DNA of 64,000 bases from positions 2,528,001 through 2,592,000 of the forward strand of contig CAWDML010000001.1 in NCBI GenBank assembly GCA_963803435.1. The letters are read 5' to 3'. The notes beneath the pieces are model-generated. The model had not been told where the DNA came from, ran no database searches, and was given only the letters and a program-made list of their open reading frames with translations. Position 1 is the stretch's first letter; each line of letters begins with the position of its first letter. Source of the DNA: an uncultured delta proteobacterium. GTDB lineage: Bacteria; Myxococcota; Kuafuiibacteriia; Kuafuiibacteriales; Kuafuiibacteriaceae. A program made the translations under genes and the position numbers. Positions 23,460-32,189 of the stretch are shown here, piece after piece.

Positions 23460-24427
23460 GCGTGGAGCTCCTCCGCGGCCGCGGGGGCGGGCACGTCGGT
23501 GTTGTCGATCAGCGCTTGGATGTCCTCCGCGCCCTTGCTGGTCGGATCGAACGCGTAGATCGGGAGGCCCTCGCTCGAGGCCTGGGCGAACTTCGTGCAC
23601 TGTCGGATCGTGATCGGCAACAGATAGTCCTGGTAGTGCTGCCGGAGCGCGTCGTGCGCGGCGCGCGCGATCTTGGTGGTCGGGTTGTACTGATTCACGA
23701 TCACGAAGATCCGATCCAGCCGATGCTCGAGATCCTCTGCGACGTCGTCGAGCGTCTCGAAGAGAAGCTTCAACCCGTGGAAGGAGAGGAAGTCCGGAAG
23801 CACCGGCACGAACAGATCGTCCGCCGCCACGATGGCGTTCAGGTTGAGCAGCCCGAACGAAGGCGGCGCATCCATCACGATGTACTCGTAGTCGGACTCG
23901 ACGGCTGCCAGCGCCTTGCGAAGCTTGCCCTCCCGGCTCGACAGCGGCATCAGCGAGAGATCGATCGTCGCCATCCTCAGGTTGGCCGGCACCAGGTGGA
24001 GCTCGGTCAGAGCCGTCTCGATGCGCGCCTCCGCGATCGCCGCCTTCTTGATCAGCACCTCGAAGAGCGTGGTCTCGCAGTTCTCGCCCTCGTAGCCGAG
24101 ACACTTGGTGGCGTGGCCCTGCGAGTCGAGGTCGAGGAGCAGCACGCGGTGGCCGAGCTCGGCCAGCCGGTGGGCATACGACACGGAGAGGCTGGTCTTG
24201 CCGGTCCCGCCCTTGAAGTTCAGGAACAGCTGCTTGCGCAGCTTCTTCTTGGGCGGCCGTCGGGCCAACGCCGTCCGGTACAGCGACAGGTCCTCGACAC
24301 TGTAGTCGAGGCGCGCGCCGTTCCCTTGACTCTGGAGCGGACCGGACGTCTCGCACGCGGTGAGCTCGCCCTCCGTGAGGTCGAGCAGCTTCATGAGGCG
24401 TTCGCGCGAAATGTTAACCTGCTCCAT
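23456..24427 (-). CDS. pomZ: ParA/MinD-family ATPase PomZ (AgmE)
   Basis: RKQLFLNFKGGTGKTSLS...RLAELG...DLDSQGHATKCLGYEGE matches the myxobacterial PomZ signature; flanked by pomY- and pomX-like genes. Confidence 0.88.
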   Translation of the reverse strand: MEQVNISRERLMKLLDLTEGELTACETSGPLQSQGNGARLDYSVEDLSLYRTALARRPPKKKLRKQLFLNFKGGTGKTSLSVSYAHRLAELGHRVLLLDLDSQGHATKCLGYEGENCETTLFEVLIKKAAIAEARIETALTELHLVPANLRMATIDLSLMPLSSREGKLRKALAAVESDYEYIVMDAPPSFGLLNLNAIVAADDLFVPVLPDFLSFHGLKLLFETLDDVAEDLEHRLDRIFVIVNQYNPTTKIARAAHDALRQHYQDYLLPITIRQCTKFAQASSEGLPIYAFDPTSKGAEDIQALIDNTDVPAPAAAEELHA

Positions 24428-25784
24428 GACCTGTCTCCCGGCGCACCTTCGACAGCGAGTCCGCCGCCACTGCACGCACGCTCTCGACCCGATCGTCGAG
24501 CGCGTCGATCAAAGCTTTCATCGCCTCGGGCGAGCTCTCGCCCGCGAGCGCCGCGCAGGCCGCCCTGCGCGCCTGCAGATCGGGGTCGCTCAACAGCGGG
24601 ATGAGCAACGGCGCCACGTCCGTCTTCGAGACGGCCCTGAGCGCCAGGACCGCCCGCCGCCGCACCCTGGGATCGCGATCCGTCAACCCGACCTGCGCGA
24701 CCTCGGCGATCTCGTTCTCCGCCGCCAGCTCCAGCTTGGCCTCGACCGCCGCCGCCCGCACGAACGGGTTGGGATCAGTGAGCGCGCTGTCGATCGAGAC
24801 GCGCGCCATCGGCGCCTTGGTCCGGCCCAGGAGCTCGAGCATGGCGATCCGCTCCTCGTCGTCCGAGGCCAGCCTCACCGCCGCAGCCAGCGCCGGCGCG
24901 GCCAGCGCACCGGCCGTCTCCACCAGGTGGCGAGCCGCCGAGAGCCGCGTCTCGACGCGCGATGACGACAGCTCGCTGGCGAGGCGCTGCGCGCGCCTTC
25001 TCTTGGCGTCGCTCTCGATCGAGTCGAGGGCGGCCCGGGCCTCGCTCAGGCCCAGCTGCATGGCGAGCGCGCTCCGCGGCTGATCGATCCTCGAGGGCAG
25101 TGCGGTCGGTTCCGACGCCACCAGGAACCGCGGCGTCGACTCCACCGGCGGCGCGGGCAGCTCCGACTTCGCGAGCGCCTCGAGCAGCGTCTCCTCGCGC
25201 ACGTGCGCAGCCTCGTTCTCGGCGGCCAGCCGTCCGATCTCGCCGCGGAGCTCGGCGATGAACTCCGCCAGATCCACGTCGTCCGAGCGCGACATCTTCT
25301 GCCACTCGATCAAGCGCGCGAAGAAGCTCTCCCGCGCCCGCTCCAGCGCGGACAGGCGCTCGCGGGCCGCGTCGAGCGCGCTGCTCTTCTGCTCCGCGCG
25401 CTGCTGCTCGCGCTCCAGCTTGCGGCAGAGCTCGGCGATCTCGCGGGTGGTCTCGCGACCGCCGGCCTCCATGCGCCGCTCGAGCGCGGTCCGTTCGGCG
25501 TCGGCGTGCGCGGTGCGGTCACCGATCACGACCATCTCGCGACGCGCTTCCGCCAGCCGCTCCTCCAGATCTGCGATCCGGCGCGCCGCTTCCGCCTCTC
25601 GTTGTGCTCCTTCTGCAACGCGCTCGCGGAGGTCGCGGACCGTACGCCGCTCATCCGCGACCACGGCCTCCATCTGTTCCAAACGCCATTCGAGGAAACA
25701 GATCCGTTCCAGTGCCTGGCTCAGAGAGTCCTTGGAGCCCGGTTGTGCGCCCATCGCCCGCTCGATCGCAGGCGCAAGGTACAT
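24414..25784 (-). CDS. pomY: PomY-like protein (coiled coil + HEAT repeats)
   Basis: Long N-terminal coiled coil, short Pro-rich linker, HEAT repeats (LTDPNPFVRAAA, LTDRDPRVRRRA, LSDPDLQARRAA, LDDRVESVRAVA); upstream of pomZ. Confidence 0.75.
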   Translation of the reverse strand: MYLAPAIERAMGAQPGSKDSLSQALERICFLEWRLEQMEAVVADERRTVRDLRERVAEGAQREAEAARRIADLEERLAEARREMVVIGDRTAHADAERTALERRMEAGGRETTREIAELCRKLEREQQRAEQKSSALDAARERLSALERARESFFARLIEWQKMSRSDDVDLAEFIAELRGEIGRLAAENEAAHVREETLLEALAKSELPAPPVESTPRFLVASEPTALPSRIDQPRSALAMQLGLSEARAALDSIESDAKRRRAQRLASELSSSRVETRLSAARHLVETAGALAAPALAAAVRLASDDEERIAMLELLGRTKAPMARVSIDSALTDPNPFVRAAAVEAKLELAAENEIAEVAQVGLTDRDPRVRRRAVLALRAVSKTDVAPLLIPLLSDPDLQARRAACAALAGESSPEAMKALIDALDDRVESVRAVAADSLSKVRRETGHGAG

Positions 25785-25853
25785 GAGGACGATCCGACCG
25801 TCGATCCCCCCTAACGAGTTTTCTCTTCAATATACGGGTAAGATCTGATAGAC

Positions 25854-26888
25854 GTGCTCGCGGTGCTTCCGGCCCTGGTCGCGCTCGCCCTCCTCGCTCA
25901 GCCGGCGCCCCGGCGAGTCGCGATCCGCGCGCTCGACGGCGATACGAAGAGCGTCATCGTCGCGCAGCGCGCCACGCGCGCGATCGTGCGCCAGCTGGAA
26001 CGACGCCCGGACCTGTCCGTCAGCGAGGCCGGCGACGAGCTCGAGATTGGCGGCGGCATCGTCCAGAGCGCCTCGGGCTACCTCGGGATCCTGATTGCCA
26101 CCGACGCCACAGGACACGCCAAAACCGGCGAGAGCTGTCGATCCGGTGAGGAGGTCCCGCTGACGGCCTGTCTCCTCGAAGCCGCCGACCGCCTGGCCCG
26201 GGACGCCGTCCCGCCCCCGGTGGGCCGCGCGGGCGGCACGATTGTGGTCTCGACGCTCGACGCCTACCGCGTGCCGGACGAGCTCGCCCGGAACGTCAGC
26301 GGCGTGGTCCGGATCGAGCTGTCGAGCGCCCCGGGCATCAAGGTCGCCGCCGACAAGGGTGACTGGGAGGTCCGGGGCGCCGTCGGCCGGCTCGACGACG
26401 TCTGGATCGTCTCCCTCGAGCTCCTCGACGCGGACGGCCAGTCGGCGCACCGGGCCAGCGAGGTCTTCTCCGGCCCGCGCTCCGAGCTGGTGCTGGCCAC
26501 GCGGGTCGCGGCCCGGCGTTTGGTCGGGATCGGGAGCGACGACTCGGGCGACGTCTCGCTGACCGCGAACGTCGACGAGGCCCAGCTCTCCATCGACGGC
26601 GCGCCACCCCTCCCCTTCCACGGTCTCCACCGGCTCACGCTGGACGCCGGTAAGCATCAGCTCGCGCTCAGCGCCGAGGGCCACCGCCCGCTCTTCGACG
26701 AGTTCTACGTGCTCGGCGGTCAGAGCACGAAGCTGAACGAGCGGCTCTCAGCCCTCCCCGATCCTTGGTATCGAAAGTGGTGGGTCTGGACCGCGCTCGG
26801 CGCCGCCGTCGTGGTCAGCGGCACCATCGTCGGAGTGGCCGCCGCCAGCCGCCCCGACGACGCCGTCATCGAGATCCGCATCCGTTAG
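25854..26888 (+). CDS. PEGA-domain protein with C-terminal membrane segment
   Basis: Signal peptide; PEGA (AQLSIDG...LDAGKHQL); PWYRKWWVW motif typical of myxobacterial PEGA proteins. Confidence 0.8.
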   Translation: MLAVLPALVALALLAQPAPRRVAIRALDGDTKSVIVAQRATRAIVRQLERRPDLSVSEAGDELEIGGGIVQSASGYLGILIATDATGHAKTGESCRSGEEVPLTACLLEAADRLARDAVPPPVGRAGGTIVVSTLDAYRVPDELARNVSGVVRIELSSAPGIKVAADKGDWEVRGAVGRLDDVWIVSLELLDADGQSAHRASEVFSGPRSELVLATRVAARRLVGIGSDDSGDVSLTANVDEAQLSIDGAPPLPFHGLHRLTLDAGKHQLALSAEGHRPLFDEFYVLGGQSTKLNERLSALPDPWYRKWWVWTALGAAVVVSGTIVGVAAASRPDDAVIEIRIR

Positions 26889-26916
26889 ATCAGCCCACGG
26901 GTCCGAAGCCCGCCCG

Positions 26917-28107
26917 TCACGGACAGGCGATGGAGAGCGCGGCCTCGTTGCCGCCGCCGTCGATTGCAGCCACCGCGCGCGCGGTCGACGACGAAGCGGC
27001 CAGGACGAACGACCCCCCCTCGGTCCACGCCAGCTCGGCGCCGGCCTGATCCTGCAGCGACACGCGCGTCGCCTCGACGGAGACGCCGGCGACGACGGCG
27101 CTCGACGACGAGCAGACCACCGACATCACCGTGAGCTGGGGGGGGATGGTGTCCACGCCGATCTCTGCACCGGTGGCCTGGCCGAGGTTGCCGGCGCGAT
27201 CCTCCGCGGTGACCCCGACGGTGTAGCTGCCGTCGCAGCCCAGCGTCGCCGACTCCGCGCGGCACGAGAACGTGCTGCCGCCGCCCGTGCAGGGATAAGG
27301 GCCGAGCGTCGAGGGACAGTGGCCGGCGCGCTCCAGGGAGCGCGCGAGGCGGAGCTCGGGCATCGACACCGCCTCGTTCGCCTCCACCTCGACCACCAGC
27401 GTCCCGCCCGGCCCGAGGCGCGATGCACCTTCGAGGCGGGCGCGCGTCGAGAGCACGGGCGCGTCCAGGTCGACCGTGAGCGAGGCCGTTTCGGTCGGAC
27501 CGAGCACGCCGTCGGCCGAGAGGAAGTCGGCGAACAGCATGATGGGACAGCGGCCGATCGTGCAGTCGACCTGATCCAGCGGGTACTCGACCGCGAAGCT
27601 CTCGAGTCGGTCGATCTCCTCGCCCTCTCGCGGCCGCGCCGCTTCGTGCGTGGGACGGCCCGGCAGCAGCCCGAGCTGCACCTTCGACCAGCGACGCGCG
27701 TCCATCTCCAGCGTTGCGGTGGCGCCGGTGCGGCGGAGCTTCAGAATGTGGCCCTCCGGCGGGAGGTGGAGCGCGACGTCGACGGGCGTCGAGCCCCCGG
27801 CCGAGAGCTCGAAGAGGTTCGACTGTCCGTGAAGGAGCGGGCGTCCGGCGGGGTCGCGGATCAGGGCGCGCACCCGACGATTCGAACCGGCGGGCGCGGC
27901 GAGGTCGAACACCAGCGGCTCGACGCCGAGCGGTCCGCCCTCGCCCGCCAGCGTCTGGAAATCGCCGTCGACGTCGCGGCCGACCGTCACGCGGATCAGC
28001 GCGCCGGCCAGCGAGGGCGCCCCATCCGGCACGTCGAAGGTGACGGCGACCCGGGACGACTCGCCGCACCCGGCGAGGACGAAGAGCGTCGCGATCAGCC
28101 CCCGCAC
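26917..28107 (-). CDS. Lipoprotein with Ig-like beta domains
   Basis: GTG start, lipobox VLAGC; DGSYTVGVTAEDRAGN Ig-like motif; paralogous to the upstream gene. Confidence 0.7.
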   Translation of the reverse strand: MRGLIATLFVLAGCGESSRVAVTFDVPDGAPSLAGALIRVTVGRDVDGDFQTLAGEGGPLGVEPLVFDLAAPAGSNRRVRALIRDPAGRPLLHGQSNLFELSAGGSTPVDVALHLPPEGHILKLRRTGATATLEMDARRWSKVQLGLLPGRPTHEAARPREGEEIDRLESFAVEYPLDQVDCTIGRCPIMLFADFLSADGVLGPTETASLTVDLDAPVLSTRARLEGASRLGPGGTLVVEVEANEAVSMPELRLARSLERAGHCPSTLGPYPCTGGGSTFSCRAESATLGCDGSYTVGVTAEDRAGNLGQATGAEIGVDTIPPQLTVMSVVCSSSSAVVAGVSVEATRVSLQDQAGAELAWTEGGSFVLAASSSTARAVAAIDGGGNEAALSIACP

Positions 28108-29330
28108 GGCAGCACCTCGAGGGAGACGATGGGCCCCTCGTTCCCGGCCGTGTCGAGCGGGCGGAGCTCGACCTCGCCCGCCGGGACCGCGAGCACGAAG
28201 CCACCGCGATCGTCCGCGACGGCGTGGACCGCGCCGGCCGCCACCGTGGCCCGGGGCTCGGCGGCGCCCGGATCGCCCTGGACGATGGGTTGGGATCCGG
28301 CGCAGGTGCCGTGCATGGCGGCGAGCGCCAGCGGCGGCGGCGGCGTCCGATCCACCGCCAGCGTGGCCACGTCGAAGAGCCGCACCGAGTTGCCGGCCAG
28401 ATCCGTGGCCGTGATCTCGATGCTGTAGGTCCCGGCGCAGTCGATCGGGAACGCGAGCGCGGGGATCGTGCCGTCGACCAGCTCGACCCGGTCCGGACAC
28501 TGCGGCGATCCGCCCGAGAGCGCCGCGAACGTGCTCAGCACGACGGGCTCGTCGAAGTCGGCCGCGATGCGGGCGCTCCGCGTGCCGCCCAGCACCGCCC
28601 CCGTGTCGATCGCGAGCGACACGTCGAGCAGTCGCGGGGGAAACGGATCGTAGATCAAGCGGGTGCTGAAGACGTCCGAGTGGAAGCCGTTGAAGTCGAC
28701 GAAGCGGGCATAGATCGTCCGCGGGCATCCGGTGCGATCGTCGCAGCGCGCGCCGATCACCGCGTCGACCAGCACCTCGCCGGGCATCCGCGGATCGGCC
28801 GGGCGCTGGTTGAGGATCGGGGTCGACCGGGTCCGGGCCGGGGAGAACGACGGGTCCTCCGACAGGTCGACGCCCACCGCGGCGAGGTCGAGACCGAGGG
28901 CCAGCGTCACTGTCGCCGTGCCGACGCGGCCCTGCTGCGAGCCCGAGACTCGGAGCGTACCGGGGCTCGGAACCGGGCTCATCGTGATGGTGAGGATCGG
29001 ACCGTCCGACTCCTGGAGCCGGAACGGCGCCGAGCGCCCGGCGAACAGCACGCGCGGCCGCTCCTCGTCCGTCTCCAACGTCGCCGTGATGACCCGCTGG
29101 GTCCCGAAGGGGAGACGGACGCTGGCGAGGTCGAAGTTCAGGTCGAACGGCTGCACGACCTCCTCGAGGACCGTCGGAGCGGCGCCGGAACCCTCGGTCA
29201 CCACGACGCGCAGATTCGTCGACCCATCCTGCGGCGGCCGCGCCACCGTGAAGAAGAGATCGACGGACGCGATCCCGCCACAGGCCGACAGGACCGGCAG
29301 CGCCGCGAAGATCAGCCCTCGACGATCCAT
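28095..29330 (-). CDS. Lipoprotein with Ig-like beta domains
   Basis: Lipobox LSAC; GTYSIEITATDLAGN and DTAGNEG motifs. Confidence 0.75.
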   Translation of the reverse strand: MDRRGLIFAALPVLSACGGIASVDLFFTVARPPQDGSTNLRVVVTEGSGAAPTVLEEVVQPFDLNFDLASVRLPFGTQRVITATLETDEERPRVLFAGRSAPFRLQESDGPILTITMSPVPSPGTLRVSGSQQGRVGTATVTLALGLDLAAVGVDLSEDPSFSPARTRSTPILNQRPADPRMPGEVLVDAVIGARCDDRTGCPRTIYARFVDFNGFHSDVFSTRLIYDPFPPRLLDVSLAIDTGAVLGGTRSARIAADFDEPVVLSTFAALSGGSPQCPDRVELVDGTIPALAFPIDCAGTYSIEITATDLAGNSVRLFDVATLAVDRTPPPPLALAAMHGTCAGSQPIVQGDPGAAEPRATVAAGAVHAVADDRGGFVLAVPAGEVELRPLDTAGNEGPIVSLEVLPCGG

Positions 29331-29381
29331 GCCCCTACCTCCTTACCTCGGTCCTTACCTCGGCTCGGGTAACACATCGCG

Positions 29382-30011
29382 TCAGCGCACGCGATAGACC
29401 GTCGTGTCGGTGAGGTCGGTGCCGCGGGCGTCGCAGTCGGTGGGCGCTCGATAGACGGCAAGAGCCTCCAGATCCTTCGGATCGAGGAAGCCCCGGCCAG
29501 GATCGGCGAGCAGGACCTTCGCACCCTGGTGGGCCAGCCCACGGAGCCAATCCAGCGCCTGGCGCGCGAACGGCGCCTCGTAGCAGACGTCTCCGGCGAG
29601 GATGAGCTGGTAGTCGAGGTCGGTGCGGCCCACCAGGTTCTCCTGCCGGACCGCGATCCGGACGCCGTTGAGGGCGGCGTTCATCTCCAGCGCAACACAT
29701 GCGAGGGGGTCGATGTCGTTGGCGGTGACCTCGGCGCCGCCGAGCGCCGCCGCGATCGACTGAAGCCCCCCGCCAGCCCCGAAGTCCAGCACCGTGCGCG
29801 CACGCACGATCTCCGGATGGTCGAGCAGGAAGCGGGCGAGCGCCTGTCCGCCCGCCCACGCGAACGCCCAGTAGGGATCCGTCAATCCCCGCGCGCGGGC
29901 TTCCGCCTCCGTGGCGGTCCACAGCGGACAGGCGTCGGTGATGAGGTGGAGACGGATCTCCGGGCACAGGTAGGGCGATGCAATCACGGTCTCGTGTCGG
30001 ATGACGCGCAT
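29382..30011 (-). CDS. METTL20/ETFB-KMT-like SAM-dependent lysine methyltransferase
   Basis: PYWAFAWAGGQALAR, VLDFGAGGG, AGDVCYE, ADPGR. Confidence 0.85.
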   Translation of the reverse strand: MRVIRHETVIASPYLCPEIRLHLITDACPLWTATEAEARARGLTDPYWAFAWAGGQALARFLLDHPEIVRARTVLDFGAGGGLQSIAAALGGAEVTANDIDPLACVALEMNAALNGVRIAVRQENLVGRTDLDYQLILAGDVCYEAPFARQALDWLRGLAHQGAKVLLADPGRGFLDPKDLEALAVYRAPTDCDARGTDLTDTTVYRVR

Positions 30012-30040
30012 TCGTACTAGACTGGGAACAGTACCGTCCG

Positions 30041-30706
30041 ATGTTCCAGAGTGGCTACTACACGGTCGGACACTTCAAGGGTGCACCGATCCGCCTCCAC
30101 TGGAGCGCTCCGCTGGGGGCACTCGTGTTCGGCGGCTTCCGCTTCGTCCCCGGCTTCTGGATCGGCTTCTTCCTGCTCGTCCTCCTCCACGAGCTCGGCC
30201 ACGCGGTGGTGGTCCGTCTGTGCGGGCTGCGCGTCGCCGGCATCGACATCCACGGCCTCGGCGGGCAGTGCCGCTGGGAGGGCCGTCTCACCTCGCTCAA
30301 GCAGGCGTTGATCGCGTGGGGCGGAGTCTGGGCTCAGCTCGCGTTGTTCGCCGCGGTCGAGGTGACCCTGCTGTTCGTGGCGCCGCCGCCGAACCCACAC
30401 CTCTGGGATCTGATCGACGCCTTCACGCGCGCGAATCTCTGGTTGGCTGCGCTGAACCTGATCCCGATCCGTCCGCTCGACGGCGCCGAAGCGTGGCCGC
30501 TGTTCTCGATCCTCTGGGAGCGCTTCCGCCTGCGGCGCCAGATCCGCGTCGCCGTGCGGCCGGTCGCGCGGCCCGCGCCGCCCAAGAAGGCGCCGCCCAC
30601 GGATCCGAAGTACAGCGAGCGCGTCCGCGATCCGGGCAAGAGCGAGGAGCTCTTCCAGCGGTTGATGAAGAACAATCCGGTCGAGGAGGGCGAGGAGGAG
30701 CGATAG
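30041..30706 (+). CDS. Site-2 protease family (M50) membrane metallopeptidase
   Basis: HELGH and NLIPIRPLDG motifs within TM helices. Confidence 0.88.
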   Translation: MFQSGYYTVGHFKGAPIRLHWSAPLGALVFGGFRFVPGFWIGFFLLVLLHELGHAVVVRLCGLRVAGIDIHGLGGQCRWEGRLTSLKQALIAWGGVWAQLALFAAVEVTLLFVAPPPNPHLWDLIDAFTRANLWLAALNLIPIRPLDGAEAWPLFSILWERFRLRRQIRVAVRPVARPAPPKKAPPTDPKYSERVRDPGKSEELFQRLMKNNPVEEGEEER

Positions 30707-30728
30707 CTCCGGCCTGCCGGAGCTCGGA

Positions 30729-31580
30729 TCAAGAATCCAGCACGAGATCGATCCGCACCCACTCGTCCCGATGAACGATCGCCTCGAGGGCAAGGCCCTC
30801 ACGCTCATAGGCTCCGGAGACCTCCTCGGCCTGCGACCCGAGAACGCCCGACAGCAGGAGCCGGCCGCCCGGCGCAACACGACTTGCAATCTCCGGCGCC
30901 AGCTCGATCAGTGGTCCGGCGAGGATGTTCGCGACGACCAGGTCGAAGCGCTCGTCCGGGAGCTCGTCGATCAGCTCGAGCGAGAGCGCGTTCTTCACGG
31001 CGTTCTCTCTCGCCACGGTCAGCGCATCGGGATCGTTGTCGACGCCGACCGCACGACGGGTCCCCAGGCGCAGCGCGCCCAGCGCGAGGATCCCGGTGCC
31101 AGTCCCGACGTCCAGCAGGGACCCGACCGGCGAGAGCTCACCGATCCGCTCCAGACACAGGGCGGTGGTGGCGTGGAGACCGGTCCCGAAGGCCATCGAC
31201 GGATCGATCCACAGCACCGCGCCCGCCGTCTCCGGCGGCGCGAGCCAGCTCGGTACCACCCAGATGGCTCCGAAGCAGATCGGAGCGAAGTGGCGCTTCC
31301 AGTGGGCGGCCCAGTCGATCGCCTCGAACTCGCCCGGTCGAACGGCGCCGGCCTCGATCCCGTTGGCGCGCAAGCTGTCCTGCACGCGGCCTGCCAGCGC
31401 CGTCGGGTCGAGCTCCGGATCGGGCGCGAACGCAGCCACCACGACGATCGGGCGCTGCTCGTCCTTCACCTCGAGGCCCTCGGCGCCGAGCTCGAAGAGG
31501 AGCGCGCTCATCACGTCGAAGCGCTCGTCCTCGGGCTCCAGCTCGGGCGGCAGCTCGATCTCGACGCTGAGCCACGTCAC
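30729..31580 (-). CDS. prmA: Ribosomal protein L11 methyltransferase
   Basis: WVVPSW, DPSMAFGTGLHATT, LDVGTGTGIL, VVANILA, LLSG; GTG start estimated. Confidence 0.92.
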   Translation of the reverse strand: MTWLSVEIELPPELEPEDERFDVMSALLFELGAEGLEVKDEQRPIVVVAAFAPDPELDPTALAGRVQDSLRANGIEAGAVRPGEFEAIDWAAHWKRHFAPICFGAIWVVPSWLAPPETAGAVLWIDPSMAFGTGLHATTALCLERIGELSPVGSLLDVGTGTGILALGALRLGTRRAVGVDNDPDALTVARENAVKNALSLELIDELPDERFDLVVANILAGPLIELAPEIASRVAPGGRLLLSGVLGSQAEEVSGAYEREGLALEAIVHRDEWVRIDLVLDS

Positions 31581-32189
31581 TTGAAGTCCGTGAGTGGGCG
31601 GCGCGGGGGGGCGAAGTCGAACTCGGCGCGCAAGGTGCCGACTCTTCCCTCCGCGTTCGACCGCGTCAACGTCGCGGTGAGCGTCCCCGCCAGGCGCTCC
31701 ATTCGGCCGGTGTCCTGCGGATCCTGGGCGAGCGTCACGGTGGTGAGCTGGAGGACCCCCGAGAGGACGTCCAGAGTGGGAAACTCGGGGCAGGTCTCGA
31801 AGAGGCTGAGCGCGGCGTTGGCTCCCGAAGGGTTCTGCGAGACCGGCAGCACCAGCGGCATCGAAGGGTCGGTGCGGACGATTCTGATCCCGGGTCGAGT
31901 CGACCGTCAAGAACCCCATGCGGATGAGCTGATCCAGGCTGACCCGGATCACCAGGCCGTCGGTCTCCTCGACGTTGACGCGATACTTCTGGATCATGAC
32001 CAACAGGATCCCCGAGAAGCGCTCGGTCGACATCCAGTTGGCGTCGAACGCGTACGACTCGAGCGCGTCGTTGGTCTCGCCGATCCGGCACTCCGGACGA
32101 TCGAAGTCGGCCTCGACCGAGGCGGTGCCGGACTTGGAGACGCCGCACGCCGCGGGCGCCAGGAGAAGGGCGATCAGGACGGGCTCAAC
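31577..32189 (-). CDS. Hypothetical lipoprotein (single indel near 31885; start uncertain)
   Basis: LLLAPAAC lipobox; frames join as ...TRDQIVRTDPSMPLV if one A is removed; ends ...RPLTDFK. Confidence 0.55.

Noticed and set aside
23456-24427. Plasmid or prophage ParA, or chromosomal Soj
   Set aside because: No parB or parS nearby; sequence and flanking genes match PomZ.
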